From: Chloroflexota bacterium
GTDB lineage: Bacteria > Chloroflexota > Dehalococcoidia > Lucifugimonadales > Lucifugimonadaceae
DNA length: 64,000 bases
NCBI GenBank assembly: GCA_002719295.1
Contig: PBHC01000016.1
Span: 23,533-87,532, forward strand
Direction: 5' to 3'
This document shows, piece by piece, positions 57,084 to 64,000 of this stretch; the stretch's first letter is position 1, and every line of letters starts with the position of its first letter. The position numbers and the translations under genes were made by a program. The notes beneath the pieces are model-generated. The model was not told the origin of the DNA. It made no database searches and saw only the letters and a program-made list of their open reading frames with translations.

Positions 57084-58247
57084 TTATTTAAATGGACTTA
57101 ATTGTTCAAAATTTCCAAGTACAATTTCAGTAGGATCTAGCCCTAAATGTTGTTCCAATAAAGTTCCATATACTCCTCTGTAGTCAAATGTATGTTTTAA
57201 ATCTTCTCCATTCAACCATTCGCTAGGATCAATAGAAGGATACTCAGAATAAAGTCCTCCATTTACTCTGTTACCTATTATGAATGCCCCTCCTCCAGAT
57301 CCATGATCTGTACCGGAACCATTATCTTTCATTCTTCTACCAAATTCAGAGAAAACCAATATTACAATTTCATCAGAAGCATCATGTTCCTCTAAATCAG
57401 CTAAGAAATCTTTTATTCCTTGAGATAACTCACCCATTAATCTATCGTGTGCAGGCATTTCTTGTGCATGATGATCATAACCTCCATGTTGAGTATAAAA
57501 AACTCTTGTTCCAAGTCCAGCTGTATGGACTCTAACAACATCTCTTAAAGCTTTTGCTATAGAATTATCTGCGTATTCAACAGAAGATTTATACTTTGAA
57601 GGGACTTCCTTAAGCATATCTGCTCCTTGTAGTACCCCAGAACCTGTATTTGCTAAATAATTCATAACCACACCAGATTCATGTCTACCACCCATCCACT
57701 CCTCAGCTGGAGTATACATTCTTGAAAAAACTTCAAGATTTGCCATTCTTTGGGTATTATCTTCTATTGAAGTCATAAGTCCGTAGTTATCTAAATTATC
57801 AACACTAGTAGCTATGACTCCTGGAGCAGCTAATGCTCGGGGTAATCCTTTTCCAAAACTAACAGCAGTCAAAGGATTTGAAGAATTAGGGTCTAACTCT
57901 CTAATAACTTTAGCTAGCCAGCCTTCAGTAGCAACAGCATTTGGTTCACATGTATGCCATATATCCATTGCTCTAAAATGAGATCTTGAAGAGTTTTCGT
58001 AACCTATTCCTTGTACAATTGCCATCTTACCTTCTTTGTAAATTTCCCTAAAAGGTTCTGCATTAGGATGAAAAGCCAATTCGTCTGTGAAAGGTAAAGA
58101 ATCTCCTTCTTTATGACCAACGTAATTTCTAACGTCATAATAAATTCCATTTGTAAAAGGTATAACTGTATTCAAGAAGTCATTACCACCTGATAATTGA
58201 ACAACTACTAGTACCGGATCTTTTTTAGTTTGTTTTTCTGCAACCAT
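57084..58247 (-). CDS. DUF1501 family protein
   Basis: VVVQLSGGND-LNTVIP, HP, RSHF-DIW, GW, GGYDHH, SEFGRR, GTDHG, DYR-VY. Confidence 0.9.
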   Translation of the reverse strand: MVAEKQTKKDPVLVVVQLSGGNDFLNTVIPFTNGIYYDVRNYVGHKEGDSLPFTDELAFHPNAEPFREIYKEGKMAIVQGIGYENSSRSHFRAMDIWHTCEPNAVATEGWLAKVIRELDPNSSNPLTAVSFGKGLPRALAAPGVIATSVDNLDNYGLMTSIEDNTQRMANLEVFSRMYTPAEEWMGGRHESGVVMNYLANTGSGVLQGADMLKEVPSKYKSSVEYADNSIAKALRDVVRVHTAGLGTRVFYTQHGGYDHHAQEMPAHDRLMGELSQGIKDFLADLEEHDASDEIVILVFSEFGRRMKDNGSGTDHGSGGGAFIIGNRVNGGLYSEYPSIDPSEWLNGEDLKHTFDYRGVYGTLLEQHLGLDPTEIVLGNFEQLSPFK

Positions 58248-58257
58248 AATTAACTCC

Positions 58258-59655
58258 TTATGCTAATTGAAATTCTGGTGAAGAAACTAAAAGAGTGTAT
58301 AGTTGAATAACTTTTTCTCTAACTTCTTCTGTATCTTTGTTGTTTCCTACTGATGGACCCTTAGATGCTATTTCTAAAAGTTGGTCAAACGTTTGTTCAC
58401 TAACTTCCAAATGACCTGCATTTTGTAAAACATTATTTACTAGTTGTTCAGCTGATAATTCTTGATCAGTATTTACAAGGCTGTCTACTAAATGCTTAGA
58501 GCCTGTATTATTCATATCAGTTACAAGTCCCACTGCATAATTAATTCTTTCGGTTAAAGATCCTCCATCAATCCATTCTTTCCCTGTATGCCATCCTTCT
58601 ACAGTAGGAGGGTCAAGAAGGGTTTGCCCCATAACAGTGCTTAGTCCATGAAGTGAGGCTAACCTGTCATCTTTTGGACCAATTTCAGATGTCAATTTTA
58701 GTGCTCCAGCAATAAATTCTGCAGGACACTTAACTCTTTTAAACATTGAATTTTTAAAGAAATCTGACTTAAATAAAGCCCTCATAACTTCTTTCATATC
58801 TGCATTAGAATCCATAAATGTTGAAACTAATATTTTCATTGCTTCTTGATCTTTAGGGGGCTCTATACTCCATGCAGGAATTTGTGGCTCATCAGCTACA
58901 AAAAAATTGTATAAATGACGAGAAATAAAATTAGCACAAGCTTCAGTTTTTACTATAATTTCTACAATATCTTCTCCGTTAAAATTACCTTTGTTACCTA
59001 AAAATTCTTTTTCTCCAAAGTCATGATCTTCTTCATCAAATATAAACTGAGACTTGAAATGTCCATATGGATAAAGAGGTATAGGTTGTTCAAAAGTCCA
59101 TCCAGTAAATGCTCTAGAAGCTTCTTTTATGTCATCTTCAGAATAATTTCCTATTCCCATCGAAAACAATTCTAGTAATTCTCTACCGAAATTTTCATTG
59201 ATATTTTTTCCATGATTTTCACAATTATCTAACCAGAAAATCATAGCAGGGTCAGAAGCTAAATCAGTAAGAAGAACTCTTAAGTTTAAAAGACAATTTT
59301 TTCTCAGCATTGCTATATGATCAATCATAGTTGGACCTTGTTCACTTTTTGTCCATCCTGTTGCAAATACATGATGCCAAAATAGTGTCATCTTTTCTTG
59401 TAATGGTTTATTAGAATTTATCATCCTATAAAACCATCTAGTATTATCCAAACCAAAATTATCTGTTGATTGTAGTTGAGGATAATACCTTGAAAGAATG
59501 TCCTCATCAGGCAAGTCTTCAATTTTATCTATTTCTACTAGATTATCAACTATTGAATCATAACTGTTTTTTGATAACTCTTCTAATAGGTCATGTGTTA
59601 TTCCAAAACCAGCTCTTCTATATAAGTGAGCTATGAGTGCTTTATCTGTTGTCAT
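58258..59655 (-). CDS. DUF1800 family protein
   Basis: HLYRRAGFG, LQEKMTLFWHHVFAT, M-WLD, NENFGRELLELFSMG, RAFTGW, PP-V-GW, SPEFQ. Confidence 0.92.
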   Translation of the reverse strand: MTTDKALIAHLYRRAGFGITHDLLEELSKNSYDSIVDNLVEIDKIEDLPDEDILSRYYPQLQSTDNFGLDNTRWFYRMINSNKPLQEKMTLFWHHVFATGWTKSEQGPTMIDHIAMLRKNCLLNLRVLLTDLASDPAMIFWLDNCENHGKNINENFGRELLELFSMGIGNYSEDDIKEASRAFTGWTFEQPIPLYPYGHFKSQFIFDEEDHDFGEKEFLGNKGNFNGEDIVEIIVKTEACANFISRHLYNFFVADEPQIPAWSIEPPKDQEAMKILVSTFMDSNADMKEVMRALFKSDFFKNSMFKRVKCPAEFIAGALKLTSEIGPKDDRLASLHGLSTVMGQTLLDPPTVEGWHTGKEWIDGGSLTERINYAVGLVTDMNNTGSKHLVDSLVNTDQELSAEQLVNNVLQNAGHLEVSEQTFDQLLEIASKGPSVGNNKDTEEVREKVIQLYTLLVSSPEFQLA

Positions 59656-59750
59656 ATAAACCCCTGTTAATTTAATTCTCTATTAATTCCTTAAAAATAT
59701 ATTTAATTTTCTAAATTTTCAATACAGTTATAGATAAAAAAACAAAAATA

Positions 59751-60830
59751 TTACATAAAGTCAAAATCAGTTACAGGGTCAGGGATATTATCCCATTTAT
59801 TTGAACCTTTAGTTCTCATAATAGTAATAATTCTTTTTACATCTGGATTTGCTAGTCCCCATAATTTTTGACCAGTTAAAATATTCACTGCATTTTGAGC
59901 CCATCTTCTAGAGCCTTCTTCAGCTGTAAAGTTAGAACCTCCTGCATAATGAGGAGTAATAAAAAGATTTTCTGTTTTCAACAATGGTGATTCAGCATCA
60001 AGTGGTTCAATTTCAGTTACATCAATACCAGCTGAATAAATAATATTATTATTCAATGCATGTGCCAAATCTGATTCGTTTACTATAGGACCTCTTGCAC
60101 AGTTGATAAATATTGCATTTTCTTTCATTTTAGAAAAAGCATCTAAATTAAAAGCATGATTATTTTCGGCAGTTGCAGGAGAATGTACAGTAATAATATC
60201 ACTTTCAGTGACTAATTCTTCAAAAGAAACTAATTTAACTCCATACAAATCAGCAACAGACTGAGGTATATAAGGATCATGAGCAATTATTCTTTCAGGT
60301 CCAAAACCTTTTATTCTGTTTGCAAATGCCCTACCTATATTTCCAAATCCATAAATTCCAACAGTAGTACCTGCAATCCGTCTTAATCTGTTTCTAGCGG
60401 CCATAAGTTTACTAGGATCATCAGACCAAGCACCTTCTTTAGTATGTTTATTCAATTCAGGTACTTGACGAGTAATGGTAAGCAACATTGCCATTGCGTG
60501 ATCTGCAACTTCTGATGTGTTTATTCCTGGTGTATTACAAACACATATACCTAATTCTGTAGCTGCTTCTAAATCAATAGAATCAACTCCTACTCCAGAT
60601 CTTCCAATCATTTTAAGATTAGGTAATTTTTCCATGACACTTCTTGTAGTATGAGGAACTGTTCCTACTAACAAGACATCAGCGTCTTTCCCTGCATTTA
60701 CAAGGTCATTTTCATTAGCACAAGCAACTACTGAAACATCTATACCCGCTTCTTTAAATACATCAAGCATTGCTTGAGGAGGTCCGCTTCTACCTGCTGA
60801 ACTTGCTGTAATAACTACTTTATGTGCCAT
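59751..60830 (-). CDS. D-2-hydroxyacid dehydrogenase, CtBP-like (third paralog in the window)
   Basis: RSGVGVD, EVADH, GFGNIG, NCARG, DVTEIEP, TPHYA. Confidence 0.9.
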   Translation of the reverse strand: MAHKVVITASSAGRSGPPQAMLDVFKEAGIDVSVVACANENDLVNAGKDADVLLVGTVPHTTRSVMEKLPNLKMIGRSGVGVDSIDLEAATELGICVCNTPGINTSEVADHAMAMLLTITRQVPELNKHTKEGAWSDDPSKLMAARNRLRRIAGTTVGIYGFGNIGRAFANRIKGFGPERIIAHDPYIPQSVADLYGVKLVSFEELVTESDIITVHSPATAENNHAFNLDAFSKMKENAIFINCARGPIVNESDLAHALNNNIIYSAGIDVTEIEPLDAESPLLKTENLFITPHYAGGSNFTAEEGSRRWAQNAVNILTGQKLWGLANPDVKRIITIMRTKGSNKWDNIPDPVTDFDFM

Positions 60831-60907
60831 AATTATCTCCTTTATTGAATATTTAGTAATATATATAGAAAAACAGTATACAGTAGTTATAAAAAAAAGT
60901 AAGAAAT

Positions 60908-62347
60908 ATGAATAAAAATAATTTTGGATATAAATCTATAAAAGAATTACAAAGTCTCTATAAATCGAAAGAAGTTTCTCCGGTGGAAGTTATAAAAGAA
61001 ACACTTGAAAATATAGAACATCTGAACGGCAAATTGAATGCATTTGTAACGATTACAACTGATCATGCTTTAGATAAAGCAAAAGAACTTGAAAAGAAAA
61101 TTTTAAATGGTGAAGATTTAAAGTTATTAAGCGGTATTCCAATACCTATAAAAGATGTAGAACCTATGATGGGTGTCAGATGTACATTTGGATCAATTCC
61201 AAGAGACGGAATACCAAATGAAGACTCTATGGTTGTTAGAAGAGTGAAACAAAATGATGGAATTATAATTGGAAAAACAAATACCCCTGAGTATGGACAA
61301 GCAGCTACTGCGGACAATAGAGTTTTCGGATCTACTTATAATCCTTGGGGAGATAATAAAACATCAGGTGGATCAAGTGGAGGTTCAGCTGCATCAGTTG
61401 CAGCAGGCATAACTTCAGTAAGTCAAGGAGGAGATGGAGGTGGGTCAATAAGAATTCCTGCTTCTTTTTGTGGAGTTTATGGTATAAAACCTACCCAAGG
61501 AAGAATACCTAGAATTGTAAGTGGATCTGTAAAGTATAACGTTGTTAACAATGCTCTCTCCGGACCAATAACCAGATTTGTTGAAGATTCAGCAATTTTG
61601 CTAGAAGCTTTATCTGGATTTTCTACTGAAGGAGAATATATAACAATAAATGAAAATTCATTGGGTTCAAAAATAGAAAGTAATAATAAAAAGTTTAAGA
61701 TTGGTTTTAGCAAGACAATTGGTGGAGCAAGCCTTGAAACTAAAATATCTGAAGTTGTTCAATCTTCAGTACTAAAATACCAAAATGAATTTAATGCCCA
61801 AGTAGATGAAATAAATTTTTACCCTGAGTCAATAGAAGAAATATATGATGTTTTCTTCGATTGGTTTTGTACAAAAGGATATGCAAGTGATCCAGAATTA
61901 ATAGATAATCCAGAAATTAAGTCAAAAGCAACAGATTATCTTGTTAGAAATTGGGAACATGGAAAAAAGGTTTCTGGGAGTAGGTTATTTGAGTGTTATA
62001 ACAAGATAGGATATTACAGAGATTATATGAATAATTTCTTTGAAAACTATGATTTTTTGATAACTCCTACTATGGCAACAACATCCTTTGTAGTAGACAA
62101 TCCACCAGAAGAAATCAATTCTAAGAAAGTTCATGACAAACTCTGGGACTTTACTCCGTTTACTTATTATTTTAATCTTACTGGAAATCCTGCTGCTACA
62201 ATTCCTGTAGGATTTGATGATAGTAAAATGCCTATAGGTTTACAAATTGTAGGTAAAATGGGTAGAGAGATAGACGTATTTAAAATATCCAAAGAATTTG
62301 AGCAAATTTTTAAATGGTATGAATATAGGGCTGATACTTCTATATAG
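60908..62347 (+). CDS. Amidase signature family protein
   Basis: PIKD (Lys), GKTNTPE, GGSSGGSAA, DGGGSIRIPA, FNLTGNPA. Confidence 0.93.
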   Translation: MNKNNFGYKSIKELQSLYKSKEVSPVEVIKETLENIEHLNGKLNAFVTITTDHALDKAKELEKKILNGEDLKLLSGIPIPIKDVEPMMGVRCTFGSIPRDGIPNEDSMVVRRVKQNDGIIIGKTNTPEYGQAATADNRVFGSTYNPWGDNKTSGGSSGGSAASVAAGITSVSQGGDGGGSIRIPASFCGVYGIKPTQGRIPRIVSGSVKYNVVNNALSGPITRFVEDSAILLEALSGFSTEGEYITINENSLGSKIESNNKKFKIGFSKTIGGASLETKISEVVQSSVLKYQNEFNAQVDEINFYPESIEEIYDVFFDWFCTKGYASDPELIDNPEIKSKATDYLVRNWEHGKKVSGSRLFECYNKIGYYRDYMNNFFENYDFLITPTMATTSFVVDNPPEEINSKKVHDKLWDFTPFTYYFNLTGNPAATIPVGFDDSKMPIGLQIVGKMGREIDVFKISKEFEQIFKWYEYRADTSI

Positions 62348-63161
62348 GATCCCAGTAAAAACCATTTTCATTAGACTTTATTCGTCCAATAGCTTTATCG
62401 TCAGACAAATGTCCTGTACAAATTATCCATTCATTTTTATATGCACTATTTAGAAGACCAACTCTAGAAATAGTACTCATAACTGTATTCCAGTCGAAAA
62501 TTGGGCACCAATATTGTTCATTTATCTGTGCTTCATTATGAAACAAATCTCCGGTAAGAATTATTTTTTCAGTCGTATTAGTTTCTAAGTATAAACATTG
62601 GTGACCAGGAGTATGTCCATTTGTGGGGAGAGAGAATACATTTGTTGCAATCTCTTTTCTCCCTTCAATAAGTTGAAGTGCTCCTAGTTCGTCTAATGGA
62701 ATAATTTGTTTTTCAAAATCATCATTAAGATTCTCACTATAATAATCAAAATCAAATTTAGAAACTAAATATTTTGCATTTGGAAATGTTAATTCAGGCA
62801 CATTATCTTTCCAAGTAATATTCCATCCTATGTGATCACCGTGAGTGTGCGATATAAAGACAATATCAATATCTTCAACAGAAACTCCTAATTTTTCAAG
62901 ATTATTTAAGTATTGTCCAGAAAAATCAACATGATCATATGGACCTGGCCCCATACCTGTATCTATAAGAATGTTTTTATTATCAGTTTGAAGAAGATAT
63001 CCACGCCAAGTTGATTGAATTGTTCCATCAGAATTTTGAGCAAATGATTTATAAGTATTCCAATCACTTGCTTCAACATTGGGATAAACTACTGACGGGT
63101 CTCTTTTTACACCAATTAAATCATTTACTAAATTAATTTTAAAGTTTCCTATATTCAACAT
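62340..63161 (-). CDS. MBL-fold hydrolase (lactonase-like)
   Basis: IDTG, SHTHGDHIG, FPNA, GHTPGH, GDL-H. Confidence 0.88.
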   Translation of the reverse strand: MLNIGNFKINLVNDLIGVKRDPSVVYPNVEASDWNTYKSFAQNSDGTIQSTWRGYLLQTDNKNILIDTGMGPGPYDHVDFSGQYLNNLEKLGVSVEDIDIVFISHTHGDHIGWNITWKDNVPELTFPNAKYLVSKFDFDYYSENLNDDFEKQIIPLDELGALQLIEGRKEIATNVFSLPTNGHTPGHQCLYLETNTTEKIILTGDLFHNEAQINEQYWCPIFDWNTVMSTISRVGLLNSAYKNEWIICTGHLSDDKAIGRIKSNENGFYWDPI

Positions 63162-63228
63162 CAATAATCCTATCTAAATATAAATTTTTGTTATTATTAT
63201 AATTAATAATTATTTCGGAGGCGAAAAT

Positions 63229-63423
63229 ATGACTACTTATTCTTGTGATCAAGGGTGTGGAATGACTGTTAAAGGTTTAACATGTGGAAGTTGCGGTAAA
63301 GAACTTGTTCATGAAACATTAACTAAAGATGATGGTAGCACTGTTGGAGTTGCTCAATGTCCTGATGGATGTGGCAAGATAAAATCTCCTATGTGTTGCG
63401 CTCATGACATGTCGCATTCTTAG
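63229..63423 (+). CDS. Small Cys-rich putative metal-binding protein (64 aa)
   Basis: GGAGG RBS; 8 Cys arranged CxxxC, CxxC, CxxxC, CC, plus 3 His. Confidence 0.8.
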   Translation: MTTYSCDQGCGMTVKGLTCGSCGKELVHETLTKDDGSTVGVAQCPDGCGKIKSPMCCAHDMSHS

Positions 63424-63461
63424 ATAACTAAAGGTTAAGTATTTATAAAAAGGAGAACAAA

Positions 63462-63905
63462 TTGAAAATCCCTGATATAAGTTTACTTGACTTAGATAGA
63501 AACCCTATAAACTTAAAAAGTTACGAAGGCAAAAAGACTATAATTGCTTTTTTCCCTGCTGCATTTACGGGTGGTTGCACAGAAGAACTTTGTACTTTTC
63601 AAAATGATTTAGATGAATTCAATAATTTGAATGTAAATGTTGTTGGGATTTCTGTAGATACTCCCTTTGCACTTGGTGGCTGGGCTGAAGCGAATAACAT
63701 AAAATTTGATTTATTAAGTGACTATAAAAAAGAATGTATAGAATTATTCGATGTTGTATTCCATGGTTTAGCTGGAATGGAAGGATATGTTTCTTCAAAC
63801 AGAGCTGTCTTTATATCAAATGAATCAGGTGAAATTGTATATAAATGGATTGCTGAAAATCCAGGTGTTTTGCCTGATTTCAAAGAAATTAAAAATAATT
63901 TATAA
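63462..63905 (+). CDS. Peroxiredoxin (AhpE/BCP-like, AhpC/TSA family)
   Basis: FFPAAFTGGCTEELC (PxxxTxxC), GISVD, LLSD, RAVF; TTG start with AGGAGA RBS. Confidence 0.9.
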   Translation: MKIPDISLLDLDRNPINLKSYEGKKTIIAFFPAAFTGGCTEELCTFQNDLDEFNNLNVNVVGISVDTPFALGGWAEANNIKFDLLSDYKKECIELFDVVFHGLAGMEGYVSSNRAVFISNESGEIVYKWIAENPGVLPDFKEIKNNL

Positions 63906-63915
63906 TTATTTATAA

Positions 63916-63999
63916 GCGGATGTGGTGAAATGGTAGACACGCATGCCTTAGGAGCATGTGCCGCAAGGCGTGGGGGTTCGACTCCCTTCATCCGCACCA
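63916..63999 (+). tRNA. tRNA-Leu (anticodon UAG)
   Basis: GCGGATG acceptor, TGGTAGAC D-loop, CATGC-CTTAGGA-GCATG anticodon arm, long variable arm, GTTCGACTC, ends ACCA. Confidence 0.96.
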
Positions 64000-64000
64000 T

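Noticed and set aside
2733..61713. Numerous 60-133 aa ORFs nested in or antisense to long genes (for example 2733-3095, 24600-24995, 26687-27037, 27335-27736)
   Set aside because: Fully overlap confidently identified genes and carry no motifs
60908..62347. gatA
   Set aside because: No gatB/gatC adjacent, and the motifs (DGGGSIRIPA, TPEYG) fit general amidases rather than GatA (DTGGSIRQPA)
63722..64000. Minus-strand 92-aa ORF
   Set aside because: Antisense to tRNA-Leu and the peroxiredoxin; MVRMKGVEPPRL is a typical reverse-tRNA translation
1..64000. CRISPR arrays, IS elements, integrases, prophage genes, rRNA
   Set aside because: No regularly spaced repeats or such genes seen; the window ends at tRNA-Leu, so an island beyond it cannot be assessed

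Overview
Strongly AT-rich (roughly 25-30% GC by eye, not computed), very gene-dense bacterial chromosome segment. It has about 60 CDS, many overlapping start/stop codons, two tRNAs (tRNA-Sec(UCA) and tRNA-Leu(UAG)), and no recognisable mobile element, prophage or CRISPR array. Gene content points by inference to a streamlined marine Chloroflexota, Dehalococcoidia/SAR202-like: a DUF2298/TIGR03662 plus TIGR03663 membrane cluster, a PAC2 protein, DUF1800-DUF1501-NHL, an enolase-superfamily enzyme, several D-2-hydroxyacid dehydrogenases, GMC, ThDP and amidase enzymes. Housekeeping genes (alaS, rnd, rmuC, coaE, tyrA, aroA, gmk, trxA, rnc, ispE, rsmA, galU, lepA) alternate with catabolic oxidoreductases. 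The best candidate for an undescribed system is an 8-gene cobalamin-dependent methyl-transfer operon (6332-12952). It joins a stand-alone homocysteine methyltransferase, an MtaA/CmuA-type methyltransferase, a corrinoid protein and a RamA/RACE-type activator with three proteins of unknown function and a 2-hydroxyacid dehydrogenase, and has no methyl-THF-binding module. Also notable: (1) a NuoEFG/formate-dehydrogenase-like module with an apparently dead molybdopterin domain next to trxA and a mismatch-bearing tRNA-Sec; (2) an apparently cytoplasmic DUF1800-DUF1501-NHL operon followed by a degenerate MNT-HEPN pair; (3) an archaeal-like membrane glycosylation cluster; (4) a TyrA lacking its catalytic His motif. 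All family calls come from motif recognition by eye; no searches were run.
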